Assembly (NCBI GenBank): GCA_032718475.1
Contig: JAUCBJ010004601.1
Coordinates: 1-64,000 of the forward strand
Direction of reading: 5' to 3'
DNA length: 64,000 nucleotides
Origin: Nemertoderma westbladi
Taxonomy: Eukaryota > Animalia > Xenacoelomorpha
Made by a program: the position numbers and the translations under genes. This document shows positions 1 through 12,059 of the stretch, one piece after another (the first letter of the stretch is position 1; every line of letters begins with the position of its first letter). The notes beneath the pieces are model-generated. The model was not told the origin of the DNA. It was given only the letters and a program-made list of their open reading frames with translations, and made no database searches.

Positions 1-256
1 CTCGCTACGCCTCTGGAGGCAGGGCCTAGAATTAAAGGTGACGGTAGACAGTACTGTTTGGAGTTGTAATAAAATATAAGTTAGTGAACGTACCCTTATG
101 TACTGGTACTGTAGACTGTCCCCCCAATACAATGCAATTATGAAATTTTGCAATCGCAAGCATAATATGACGAATGTATTGTAAATAGGTAGTAATGGTT
201 AATCATAACCTAATGGTTATGATCAAGAGAGCTGGAGAAATATTAAACTAATCAAA

Positions 257-620
257 CCAACATTCCATTTCTTTGATATGTTATGCGGATGGAAGCTCTC
301 ATTCTAATATTTGTTAGATCTCACCGTGAATGAAATGTTCTACACTATTGAAAATGTCTACAGACCTTAGTTTAAGTACATTTATTTTTCGCCTTGGATC
401 ATTACAATTACTGTAGGTGGGTCAGTGTTCATAATATTCGGGACATGAAGTCCCTGCCACACACAACACTCTCACAATTTCTTCATTGGGATTGGGTTGT
501 ACCAAAAACATTGTGCCGATTTTCAGCACTTCCAGTGGACCAAGTACATGAACAGGAGAACAAACTATTAAAGGACGATGGAAGAATACTTGGGCTAACA
601 GAAAACCCATAGTTATTGCA
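257..620 (+). pseudogene. Decayed fragment of an uncharacterised, repeat-associated invertebrate protein family
   Basis: Broken frames give MEALILIFVRSHRE ... FFALDHYNYCRWVSVH-IRDM ... FSALPVDQVHEQENK ... ILGLTENP, a motif string I recognise from multi-copy hypothetical proteins of invertebrates; stops and frameshifts present. Confidence 0.55.
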
Positions 621-1619
621 GCATTGGCTTCTTGTAGCACCTGATTAGTGCAATTTTGTAACAACGAATGATTTTATTATACTTATAATTAGTAAGAAAT
701 TAAATTATATATAAGACAGAATGAGTTTCAAACTTTTAATTTAAACATCTAAATATATTCATTTTTCACCAAAAAAGTACTTAAATTATGTACAATAAAA
801 TATTCGGGATATTATTAAAACAGGAGTTAGCACTTTAATAATTTAATATTTAAAAATAAAACTAATAGTAAATAAAATATGTTTGTTTTCCATTCAACCC
901 CGAGCCCAATGGCTAAGGGATTTTTTATTCTTGGGAAAATCAAGCAGATGGTATATTGTTTCCACGCCGCCACATATATCGCAAATACCACCTTCATTCG
1001 GCGAATGATAAAGGAGTTCTTACAATATTTATAGTGGAACCCATGGATGGCAAATCGAGTGTAATACATGTAAACCCTTTAACTATTTACAATTATTATA
1101 GCTGAGCTGTAAAATGGACGGAGACATACTGTATATAAAAAATGTACGTACTCTTTTCTATCATGGTCAACTCCCGTATATGGGGCTATGGTTACCTGTA
1201 CCGCTACATTCCAAGTCGATTAACTAAAACTAATTTAATAAGCTGTAAGGCCTCTCTCTGGTGTGAACAACATAATTATATTTGATGATATGTTGAGTTA
1301 TGTATCCGAAACATCATCAAGTTCATCATATCTGCGAAACAAACCTTTCTAAAACGTTTCAACATAACTAGTATAATAATCTTATAATAATACGCAGTGT
1401 CATTTATGTTTTCTGGGAATAAACAAACACAAATATTATAATCGTTAATTTACATTTTCTCATTCTTTCAATCCATCGATATCAATGTCATCCACTCAAC
1501 TACAGCTTTGGATACCCTTCGAAATGGATTCTACGTAAAATTTTACATATATAGTGAAAAAATGGTGCTTTCCTCACCTTTGTCGTGATATTTAATGATT
1601 TATATTAATTTATTAATGA

Positions 1620-2270
1620 CTATAAACCACGTCACCCTTTAACCCCTGAAGATTTAATCAGTCTGGTTTAATTAAAATAGACAGTAGAGTAAAGCAGCTT
1701 CGGCTCAACAATGTACATAAAGTCTTTAATAATAACTGCCTAAATACTTGAGTCAAAAATTTACCAAACTGAGTGATACACATTCCTATGGCACCAGAGC
1801 CAGCACATCAAATTTCTATATTCCCAATTGTAAATGCTTTGAAAGCGAAACCTTTTTCTTTAACGGAATAAATAATTGGAATTCCCTACCGAATAACATT
1901 AAAAATATTAAAAATGAACATGCCTTTAAGTCTGCAGTAAAATCCCACTTCCAAGACCAGTGCAAATTCTGATATAGCAGTATTTAGTTTAGTTCAATAT
2001 TAAATAGGTGTATCTGCAATAATTAGTAATAATGATCAATTTTGTATTTCTTGTATCTTATTTAGTTTAAATTATATATAATAATTATTCTATATATACA
2101 GTAGTTAGTTTAGTTTGTATTGGTAACCAAGTAACTTCTTGGAAATAAGCTACAAAGCGTTAGGGGTTATCCTTTATGTTATGTTGGCAAATACTTACTA
2201 TACATTAATAATTGTATCGAGTTAATATATTGGTTTCTATTGTTTGCATAATATATAAATAAATCTATCT
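1620..2270 (+). mobile_element. 3' end of a CR1/L2-group non-LTR retrotransposon
   Basis: ORF 1748-1972 reads HSYGTRAS...FFFNGINNWNSLPNNIK...FKSAVKSHF, the typical C-terminus of these ORF2 proteins; AT-rich 3' UTR ends near AATAAA plus (TCTA)n at ~2257-2271. Boundaries approximate. Confidence 0.7.
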
Positions 2271-2744
2271 ACTTTAGGTGTATACCTGTTCGCGCTTTTA
2301 GACCTTTAGCAGTTTAACCTGCCAATTTTAATTGTCTTTTTGTATATCAATTATTTAATGTACTGAAGTTACATCAGCCGAAGCCAGCCTGTGCGCGACC
2401 ATTCACCCACAGTTAAGGGAGACTGGATTCGGATGCTTTGATAGTGATTGCGGTGTAGACCTACTGTATTATTCGATTGATCGTTACTATATAATCTCTG
2501 ACAATATATTTACTTTCGGGGAAATATTAACAGTTCCTTTAGGACGTGGCGCTTTAAGTATAAAAACAGAGTTATGACTTATACTAATCACAACTGGATG
2601 GCTACTGAGTTTCGTAAAAAGCGCATTCTTTAGGAGATGCTTTATTAACCTTCACCCTACTTCACACAACTTCACACTACTTCGCACTGACCTGCCGACC
2701 GTCACTGAATTTGATCATATATAAGGAGGATCGCAACTGACACA

Positions 2745-3480
2745 TGTAGGGATTATGAAATAGCATTTAATTCACACAAAAAACCACTATAATGTAAGTC
2801 GCAGTTGCTACCGGTAAACCTGTTCCTCTAACCTTCAGTAATCAAGAAGATTGGGGGTTTTATGATTATTCATCGGTATTCTCCAAATATATCAGCAATA
2901 TACACCAATACAATAACAATTAATAACATAAGTAAATAATGCGGTGAACAGTCAGTATGTGTTACTTATGCAGTGTTCCATGTGCAGCAATGTTGACTTG
3001 CGGTGTGATGCGGTGTGTTGCGTAGTTGAATTGCGGTGCATTAATAGTTTTACGTTCTTGTAATCAAAGCCATCTGATGTTTCTGATGTTTAGGTCAAAG
3101 TCTGAAACTTCTACAGAAGTACAGAAGAATTTCTAAGCCGATGTTCTGAGGCTCAGAAAAGGTAAACAAAAACCGTAATGCATTGCGCGGTTTTCCGTAG
3201 GCCTCTGTACAAGATAAAATGAAAATCGCTCTGATTGGCTGAGCTGAGCGAGCTGAACAAAGAGATGTTCCACGTTTACAGTAAATCAGCTGACAGATTT
3301 CGTCATCTGAGTTCCAGTCTTTTAGAGTATTTAAGCGCATTGCGGCAGAAAATGGCTTGTTATGTCCGCTAAAACACCCACAAGGTACATTGCGGAGAAA
3401 ATGGCTTGTTATGTCCGCTAAAACACCTACACGGTATATTGCGGAGAAAATGACTGGTTATATCCGCAAAAGCTTTTACA
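2745..3480 (-). repeat. 3' LTR (736 bp) of the BEL/Pao-type element
   Basis: Minus strand starts TGTAAAAG directly after purine tract GGGAGCGG (3481-3488) and ends CCCTACA; ATTAAA near the end. No second LTR in the window to confirm. Confidence 0.65.
3338..3470. repeat. Three ~49-50 bp tandem repeats in the U3 part of the LTR
   Basis: CATTGCGG(C)AGAAAATGGCTTGTTATGTCCGCTAAAACAC... units start at 3338, 3388 and 3437. Confidence 0.9.
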
Positions 3481-3558
3481 CCGCTCCCAGAAAATGGGAT
3501 TTAATTCTATAAAATATAAAAAATCACAGTTTCTAAAATATAAAAATACTCTAAACAA

Positions 3559-5112
3559 TTAGTCCTTCTTACGCGAACGGCGTTTACGCAGTTTTTTGAG
3601 GCTAGCAAGAGTCCTTTTCTCTTTGGGGCGAGCCACTTTACTAGGAGGGCTATAACTCCTGGGTGAAGGGTGCAATACAATTGCATCGGAAGGTTTAGGG
3701 TTACGGTCGGTGTATCCGCCGGTCGAGGTACCCGGTTGATCAGTATCAACCTCAGTGGAACGAGGTCGAACAACCTTGAGAGCGCGTTTTAAGACAGCAG
3801 CTCTTACTGGTCCCTGACGGGTCGTTTGCACGAGAGCGGTAGGTGGACCGTGTGTAGTGAGAAATTTCCTCGGTTTGATGGTTCTTTCCAACTCGCGTTC
3901 TCGGGCTCTATCGGAATCGATATGCTTCTCCTCGAGCTGATTTTCCTCCGCTTATCGTTGGAAGCATTCGTCCAAAACTCTTGCAGAGAGTAGGGTCGTC
4001 CAAGTTCGATATCTTCTTAGAGATTCTGGATTTCCCGATCGAACTGGGGTAAGGCCAATTCCTTTACCGCTTGGACTTGCTGCTGCAATTTACGTTTCTC
4101 TAAACAATTGTAGGTTCCTTTTCCGATCTTTTGTCGAATAGTGTCTAACGCGTTTCGTTCAACTCTCTCCTCCACCTCGGTGACAGGTTGTATCGGGGTT
4201 AGATCGGGACGATTATACGGGTTGAACGGCGATATTAGGTGTCCGCATCCCAATCCGGCTAGGTAAGATGGGCGAATATCTAGGGAGCCCACAACCGGAG
4301 TGCCACCGACTAATTGTTCGGGTAACACTAGATCTTTGAACAGTGAGTACAGTTCGGGAGGATCCGTGATACTATTAGGATCAAGAGTCTGAGGTCTCAC
4401 TAGGGAGTGAGGAGGCCTGACCGAGTATTCCGGAACTCTGATCATAGGTTTATTTAAGGATCGTTTGAGTCGAGCGAGCGTAGGTGATACGTCGAACAAG
4501 TTTCGCTCGAAACTCCCGTAAATATAGCGAGTAAAACTGTGTTTAGCGCAACGTCTCCGCGGATGTTTATGTCTTTCCGTGTGTTGGTTGGGTCTAGGGC
4601 ATTCATCGTAATAATACCAAAGACGCACGTCTTGTAGGGGAAACGCGGGTGATCTTTCTCCAGTTTTACAATGTCTCTCTCAAGAATTCCAAATATACGT
4701 TGAAGTCACTGCGTTTATCCGGTTCTTTAACGTCTTCTCTTTCGAGTTGGTTTCGAATAGAATTTTCGTGTTCGATTCTCAGTTTGTCGTTCCGACTCCG
4801 CTGGGTATGATATTTAAATAGGATCATTTCCCTTTCGGTGTCTACATCGTCCATATCGTGTAAATCGATAGGATGGCCAGTAGTTAAGAAGTCCATATAC
4901 GTACCATTACGATGCGTATAGCGAGCGGTGAATTTTCTATAGTCCAATTCACGCGTGAGCTGTTCCTTTGACATTGGCGGTTCGATATAACGGCCATCGT
5001 CCTCCGTAGTGGGTGGACTAGCGTCGCCGCGTATTAAACTATCAACAAACGCTTGCAATGGTAGGGTATATCGCTCCCTGATACCAAGATCATCTTCTAT
5101 CAACTCAGTCAT
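3559..5112 (-). pseudogene. Accessory ORF of unknown function (~515 codons) broken into three pieces
   Basis: ORFs 4666-5112, 4017-4628 and 3559-3891 join with one frameshift at an (AG)n run near 4675, one in-frame TAA at 4017 and one frameshift near 3950; ends in a basic tail KKLRKRRSRKKD. Confidence 0.6.
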
Positions 5113-5934
5113 AGCTGCTATATGAGTTTATCGATATTATAATTAATTATAATTTAGGCTAGCGGTCGTTGCTGCCTCCCCCTCAATGCCCCCGGACAGC
5201 GCAAGCTCCTCAGCGCTGATGTACTGTCGCCGCTGTGTCTATCGCCAACGTAGTAGCTACACAACGACAACAACAACCAGCGCGAGTCACTCCACTGTCC
5301 GTCCCAAGGGCTTAGATTTACTTCAGGTTCTTACTGCAGAGGTAGGGCTACTTTCACAACTGCGACTCGCTACTGTAAACACACTTTAGTAGTAACATTC
5401 ACCTATAAACGCACAAATTCCACACAACTGTCACAAATTGTACACATTCGGGCCATTTGTCCGTTAGTCAAGTGCCTTCCAGAATGCCACGTTATTATTA
5501 TGTATCCCTGGATACTAGCAGTGCGCTATTTATTCCGTATGCTATTCAATGGGGCAAGCTTTCTATTGTTCTTTTAACTCGCTTCTAATTCTAGCGTGGT
5601 TGTTGCTATGGTGACATTATGGAAAGCTAGCAGTAGAATTAGGGTAATTCTCATGCATACAGATCTGGGATGCTATTTAATAGTAATTCTTTAATTGTCA
5701 ATATTCCCCTTTATACATGATTTTATGAATTTTATCGGCTATTGACTATATATTGGAGATTCTCTCACACTAATATACTTAATAGGGTGAATCTCCGCTC
5801 CCATGATCTATTAATTAATGGAATTTTGGGAATGTTATAAATTGTATAAAATGACAATTTATCAAATTCATGAGAAGATATGAATTTAAATTTATTCCCG
5901 TAAATTTTATTATTTAATATTAAAATAGACACAA

Positions 5935-6320
5935 TTTTATTCCAGAACATGTCTGGGGACTAGGATCCTTAATTCTAGGAAATTTGTCTTTTTAAGAGTA
6001 TCGGTAAGTGCTACGATATCTTAATCGACTAGAATTCTAAAGGATCTGAATTTTAACAGATTTTGATTTATAGATTTTCTTGGTTTACAAACTCCTTAGA
6101 GTTTATTTGTATGTATTTACTCTATTATAACATTTGTTTTAATAGATTTTTATAAATATTAAATAATTAATATTTAAGATGGGCACCGATTTATTCCAGA
6201 ACTTGTCTGGGGACGTTAACCACTGATTCTAGAATTTTGTCTTTCAAGTATATCGGTGGGTGCCGCGATATCTTAATCGACTAGAATTACAGATGGTCAA
6301 AGGGTTTAACAGATTTATTT
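5935..6320. repeat. Two diverged ~130-bp direct repeats, period 254 bp, with conserved stems
   Basis: TTTATTCCAGAAC(A/T)TGTCTGGGGAC...CGATATCTTAATCGACTAGAATT...TTTAACAGATTT at ~5935-6065 and ~6190-6317. Confidence 0.85.
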
Positions 6321-6835
6321 TGCGTTTTACGCTACTGTTAAAGGGACATCACGCTACTATATGTATTATTTAATATACGGTATGAGAGCAATATTGCAAG
6401 AAGCAATGTCAGTGAGAAGAGGCAAGTCGTTTCCAAGGTCTACCCAGAGCTTGGTTTAGCCGAGACACGAGGATCTGAACTTTGCATTCCTAATACTCTA
6501 CTTACCAATAATACTTGAGTATAGTAGGAGCTTTATTGTACTTTAATAAGTACGGACATTTCATCTTACTGTAGTCACGTATTTATAATATGATACGGAC
6601 AGTAAGGAAAGAGAAAAAGAATTATTTCTCGCCGTTGCACTAAATATATAATGTTAAGTAATTAAGTAATAAACACAAATATATATATTGCACTATTCTA
6701 CTAAATAATCGCTAAAATAACATTCTACTAAATAAAATTAAAGAAAACGATTATAATAAAATTACATAATAATACATACATAAATATAAAATAATAAAAA
6801 CAAATATGAAATAATATAGTCACACACCCACTCCA

Positions 6836-7312
6836 TCAAGTTTGGTTATCGGTGAGGAGATCAGTTGTATTTTCCTCATCGTATTGGTTAATATCGTCAT
6901 TATCTGAGGAGTATGGTGTTCCCTCAGTTGTGGTCTCTCCCTCACTGATTTCTTCTTCCCATTCACTCACCTGATGTACTTGGTCGTTAGGTAATCTTTC
7001 CATGAGTGTTCTACAGGAAGGTCCAGTGAAGTACCAACCTACTCTCGTTCTTCCCGCATATGTGTGTAATGGTTGCGGTCGAGCAGGCCGTTTTTCTAAT
7101 GTCTCTAGCGCCTCATGCGCATTTTGGCCGATCAATATCTGTACCCCTGGATAGTCGGCTACTGTGGATTTCCAAACCTGCATAATTCCTGAAAGGTTCA
7201 ACTTAGTTCGGAACTTGGGTTGTCCAGCAAAGATGTCTTCGGCTAGTTCTTTGTCGATGAATGTTCTTGTGCTGCCGGAGTCCAGGAGGGCATTTACTAT
7301 AAAACTCTTACC
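6836..7312 (-). pseudogene. BEL/Pao aspartic protease domain with acidic C-terminal tail
   Basis: In frame after TGA at 7313: GKSFIVNALLDSGSTRTFI ... ILIGQN ... RTRVGWYFTGP, then an E/D-rich tail and stop. Confidence 0.8.
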
Positions 7313-7858
7313 TCACCCATGGACTCTCAGCTGAACCACTGGGAATTCCCGGATTCTGACGTTGGAAGTTGGCGCTTTCCAAGATGGTGGTCGGTCCAGA
7401 ATAGTCAGTTGCGCTTCTTCTTCGCTTGTTTCAGTCTTATATGTAAGCGCTCGATACACTGCGGTGTTTATCATATAACAGGATTCGTTTTCGTCGGAGA
7501 ATTCGTCCGTGTAGAATCCTTCCATCTCAGAGCTGTGGTCATTGTCGTTCACATCACTGAATTGGACATGTAGTTTGGACTCACTTACCTGACTCGTGCG
7601 GGTTCTTTCAAATTCTGTGTGCAGTAAGATATGATGTTTTGCGCCGCACTTAGCGCACCTAGCATCTGAGTAACAGGTCCGCCATTGGTGTCCTCGTCTG
7701 AGGCAATTATAACACAACCGCTTATCCCACATGACATCACGTCTATCTTTAAGGGATTTCTTTAAGAATTCATCACACCCACTCAAGCGATGGGGCCCGT
7801 CGCACAATACACATTTGGGCTTGATGTAAATTACTTTAACCTGTGCTGTGTGGTGCAC
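7313..7858 (-). pseudogene. BEL/Pao Gag C-terminus, triple zinc knuckle
   Basis: CVLCDGPHRLSGC, CYNCLRRGHQWRTC, CAKCGAKHHILLH; separated from upstream gag by a stop (7991) and a frameshift. Confidence 0.9.
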
Positions 7859-7990
7859 ACTTGTTCTTTCCTCGGGCTTTCTTCCATGAATTCTCTTAGG
7901 AGACGTAGGAGGAGTTGTTGTTACCTGTTCTCTCCTGTCACTGGTTCGAGACTTAGATTTACTTACGTCTTTCCTAGTTTTGTTGACATA

Positions 7991-9805
7991 TTAAGATCTT
8001 TCAGTGTTTTTCCCGCTGTTCTCCTTGTATGAGGTCTGGCTTTCGCCGTCGTCTGTATAACACACTGGTGCTACCTTTCTCCTAGAGATGGGTTTTTCAC
8101 TTACCTCACTTTCTGGAGTCTTCTCTCGAGACTGTTTTAGGGGTTGTAATCTTACCTCTCGGTTTAAGAATGACAGAAGGTCCGTCATGGTTGGATCTCT
8201 ATTTTGTTGGTCCATCAAATAGAGAACCTTTTTGTCCCAGCGAGTACCTACTCCACCCTTTGGCAAAGTTGATGCTAAGGCTCCTACAACCATAGAATTC
8301 TGGTATCCATGAGACTTACCTAACCAATCTAGTTGTCTACAGATCTCCTGAATCTCGTCGGAAAACTCTATAATCCCGCTGCTAAGAAACTTTCGGGGCA
8401 CCATTAATTTCGCATACAAATACCTAGCTATGTTAGTCCTATTACCATACCTGATGTTTAGTGTATCCCAAACTTGTCTTAATCCATCTGGATGTCCAAT
8501 AAACTTTAACGCCATTAACTTGGGAGGTCCTTCCAAGCACTCGATGAGGAATCTAAGTTTCTCTCTGTTAGATAGTACAGAGTTCTGTATGTTATCTTTA
8601 TAATATTCATTAAAAGGTAACCATCTCATCTCATCTCCATTGAACTTGACGATCTCTCCCACCTTTACCGCTTGACGGGCTTCGGTTCTAGCCATTTGAC
8701 GCGTAAAACTTTCTTGGGCCATCATATTATTTAATATCGAGTTATCGGTATATAAATTTCTCGGATTAGGATCAGGTCTATATGGAATATCATTATCAAC
8801 GGGTTTATAAATACCCTTAATAGGGTTCACTATAGGAGTTTCTACTTCACTAGCAGTATAGATGCGTGTAGGCTCCGCACCTTGCGCATGAAATACGTCA
8901 GACCTAACAGGTTGACACATTGTTACAGGGGGTGGTGGTACACCCAATTGTATATTTACTAATTTATTGCGTTCTAACGCGATACTCTGCTGCACTTCTT
9001 GCAACTCTAACCTACCCTCTCTTACTGCTCCCTTTAACTGCTGAACAGTCTCTTCCAACTCCCGGACCTGCTGGGAGGAACATTTACAATGTTCCCTCAG
9101 CTGCCCGAGCAGGAGACCTATCTCCCGCCGTCCCTCATCCACCCACTCTACCGCCGAAGCGGGAGCCGCCAACATAGTAGCGGGCAGACGAGGGACGACG
9201 GGCGATAAATCGTTGATGTCTCGCTCGGCGTCCAGGACTAGGATTGACTCAGGGGCTGTTTTACTAGGCATATGTAGTTTAGTACTGTGCAAAGGGAATT
9301 TAGAGCTAGGTTCTGGAAGTACAGGAGTCTCTATCACAGAGAGGGTGGCTTCGAAAACAGGCCTAATTATTTCAGGCTCATCTACTATAGTAGGGAGTCT
9401 GTCTACTCTAATAATTTGGTCTGTGGGTTCAGGATTACTTAAGTCTACACTAGCCAGTTGCCTTCTCACCGCAGGAGGTAAATTAAGTAACTTCTGACGG
9501 TGTGGCGTTCTTCTACGTCTGCTTGAACGAGATTTATTACCTCTACCTTCGGGATCTCTTATATCACCTTCATCAGAGGAGGCAAATCCCTGCCTTCTGG
9601 TTTGTTTCTTCAAGTAATCTTGTTTCGCCTGAAGGTTTTCCAGCTCTAGTTGGGTAGTCGCTTCAGACGCCTTCCGTTCTACTTCAGCCACTGCCGCTTT
9701 CCTTTCAGCCTCTGCTGCTGCTGCTTTTCTATGAGCCGCTGCCGCTTTCCTTTCAGATTCTGCCGCGACCGCTGACCTTCGGTCTTCTATTTGCGCAAAT
9801 CCCAT
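7991..9805 (-). CDS. gag: BEL/Pao Gag (DUF1759-like capsid region), 604 aa, prematurely stopped
   Basis: IVKFNGDEMRWLPFNEYY...SNREKLRFLIECLEGPP...WDTLNIRYG motif with an N-terminal coiled coil. Confidence 0.85.
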   Translation of the reverse strand: MGFAQIEDRRSAVAAESERKAAAAHRKAAAAEAERKAAVAEVERKASEATTQLELENLQAKQDYLKKQTRRQGFASSDEGDIRDPEGRGNKSRSSRRRRTPHRQKLLNLPPAVRRQLASVDLSNPEPTDQIIRVDRLPTIVDEPEIIRPVFEATLSVIETPVLPEPSSKFPLHSTKLHMPSKTAPESILVLDAERDINDLSPVVPRLPATMLAAPASAVEWVDEGRREIGLLLGQLREHCKCSSQQVRELEETVQQLKGAVREGRLELQEVQQSIALERNKLVNIQLGVPPPPVTMCQPVRSDVFHAQGAEPTRIYTASEVETPIVNPIKGIYKPVDNDIPYRPDPNPRNLYTDNSILNNMMAQESFTRQMARTEARQAVKVGEIVKFNGDEMRWLPFNEYYKDNIQNSVLSNREKLRFLIECLEGPPKLMALKFIGHPDGLRQVWDTLNIRYGNRTNIARYLYAKLMVPRKFLSSGIIEFSDEIQEICRQLDWLGKSHGYQNSMVVGALASTLPKGGVGTRWDKKVLYLMDQQNRDPTMTDLLSFLNREVRLQPLKQSREKTPESEVSEKPISRRKVAPVCYTDDGESQTSYKENSGKNTERS

Positions 9806-9931
9806 CCCAGCGCATTAATATTTCATATCAATGTTAATATCATATCATATCATTGTTTTACTGTAGTAATAAATAACTCCATACTCACCCTCCATGCGTG
9901 TCCATCCCCTTTATGTTTGTACTTGAGAATT

Positions 9932-10240
9932 ACAGATAGGGGGGAAACTGGACCCAATAAAAATTAATCCCTCTCCAGGGAAAATTGGACGCAAATAATA
10001 GCTGAATACTCTCAAAAAATAAAACTAATCTGTTCTATTGTGTTTAGATTATTATTTTGGTTAAAATAACGTGCCACTGTATCCTGCTCCTTTCCTTAAA
10101 TTGAGAATTTAACATTGAGGCGGGATATTAATTCGTCAATATGAAATTGTACCCGAGTTCGTGACTCGTTTATTTTTTTGGTTAGAATAACCTTCCACTG
10201 TTACCTGTTCCTTTCCCTCAATTAAAAATAACATTAATTA
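9932..10240 (+). mobile_element. Copy of a small non-autonomous repeat with poly-G terminus
   Basis: ACAGATAGGGGGG-AAACTGGACCCAATAAAAATTAATCCCTCTCCAG... recurs at 11510-11782 (+), 19455-19586 (-) and partly at 34920-35010 (-). Confidence 0.7.
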
Positions 10241-10908
10241 GCTTTTAATGGTTGCCGGCGTTGGTAGTCGGTTGTCGGCGTAGCGTTTACACTCGTATGT
10301 GGCATATCTAATGGTGCTTATGTGGAATATATGCGCGTATGCCTAAGCAATGTATGAATGCATTCATGTGATTGTGTGTGTCGGAAGCCACTACAGTATT
10401 GAATATAACTAGCCATTGTATAATTATCCGACACACACACACAGACATAGACTTTTAGAAAACGGCCATATGATAATTAAAGCAGTTCGCAGTTTTGACT
10501 CGCCCCACAGGAAAAACCTAAACCAACAAGTTAAGAATACAGTAAAAGAGGTGAACACCAATAATAAAATAGAAATCACATCAACAAACCATTCCCATAC
10601 AGTATCTGTTCGGCAATTAATGTCTTACAATCAATGTAAGTCAATATAATATAATTAAATATTTAAACACGAATATAATATATTTAGCCAAATATTTAAA
10701 CACTAACCTGCATTTCGAAATAAATCCCTCAAATTTTGTGGCTTGTTAACCGGCCTAAACATTGCAACTAACGGCTGAACACAAATACTGCTGTCATAGT
10801 TGTAGAATATTGACATATTGGAATAACAACACCATCGCACAACAATGTGCACTATTTGAAGAATAGAACGCCAGTTGTTGGTAGAATGACATATACCCAT
10901 TATATTTT

Positions 10909-11007
10909 CAGAAGTTGTTATTGGAAGTTATTGGTTATTAGAAGTTGTTATTGGAAGTTATTGGTTATTAGAAGTTGTTATTGGAAGTTATTGGTTATTA
11001 GAAGTAT
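10909..11007. repeat. 30-bp tandem repeat, about 3 copies
   Basis: AGAAGTTGTTATTGGAAGTTATTGGTTATT units. Confidence 0.9.
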
Positions 11008-11259
11008 TTATTGGTTTTTATGTAATGTATCCTGAAATTAAACTATAGGTAAAGTACTTTTCTCTATTATTGTCTGCTCTTTCTATTTCAGTATGTAAGA
11101 TTGCTCCATAAAGTGAACAGTACATGTTAAGGACCCAGTTACTATTATATATAAAGACAAATGAAAGTATATATTTAATGGTTAACTATAGTTTGTTTGA
11201 AACTATAATTTTATGGATTCTGCCCCCCCCCCCCCCCCCCCACCCCCCCCCTCCCCTTA

Positions 11260-11320
11260 GGCATACTGACTGGTATTCAGCACTGGAGGTCGTGAGTTCG
11301 ATCCTCGGATGGAATCACTT
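11260..11320 (+). repeat. Possible tRNA-derived SINE head fragment
   Basis: B-box-like GAGTTCGATCCT inside GGAGGTCGTGAGTTCGATCCTCGG; no clear A box or body. Confidence 0.3.
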
Positions 11321-11509
11321 GGATAAAGAGGACTTATGCAGCTAACATTTAATGAAAAAGCGGCTAACAAAATTCGGCAAACGATAATAATAAAACGTAT
11401 AAAAGTAAACGATAGAGACATAATATTGAATACTGAAGTCAAATTTTGACATTCATTATTAGGGCTACCTAATTTACATTACGGAGTCTCTAAAGGGTCA
11501 TGAATTAGG

Positions 11510-11782
11510 CAGAGGGGTGAATTAGGGGGGGGGGGGGGGGGGGACTGGACCCAATAAAAAATAATCCCTCTCCAGGAGAAATTCGACGCAATTAAAAATG
11601 ATTACTCTCAAGAAATAAAACTGTAACCTGTTCTATTGTATTTACTTTATTGTTTTGGTTAAAATAACGTGCCACTGAAACCTGCTCCTTTCCCTAAATT
11701 GAGAATTTAACATCGAGGCGGGATATTAATTTGCCAGAGGGGATTTGCGTTCAGCCCCCCCCCCCCCCCCCCCATCTGTCTC
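11510..11782 (+). mobile_element. MITE with CAG(A)GGGG...CCCCATCTG ends
   Basis: Same family as 9932-10240; GAATTAGG on both sides (11502-11509, 11783-11790) may be an 8-bp TSD, but the right copy is 4 nt from the CTG. Confidence 0.6.
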
Positions 11783-12059
11783 GAATTAGGACTTTATTTC
11801 ATTATTTTATTTCACTTATTTCATTATTTTATTTCACTTATTTCATTATTTTATAACTCGATTCAATTTATTTAATTATTTATTTTTACTTTTTTTCAGG
11901 CCATATTTCCTGAACAATTTTAGCATAATTTTAGTAACGGTGTCGCATTAATTCCAATATGCTTGGTTAATATAATTAAATTAATTCTTCAACCTTCTTT
12001 CAATCGATGCAAATAACCACAACATGTTGGTAAGTTGTTCGCCGCATCGCATGATTTGG

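Larger units (their letters stand above)
2745..9815 (-). mobile_element. BEL/Pao-type LTR element lacking RT/RNase H/integrase; 5' LTR missing
   Basis: On the minus strand: BEL-type gag, zinc knuckles, protease, 1.7 kb non-coding, accessory ORF, polypurine tract GGGAGCGG, then a TGT...ACA LTR. Confidence 0.8.
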
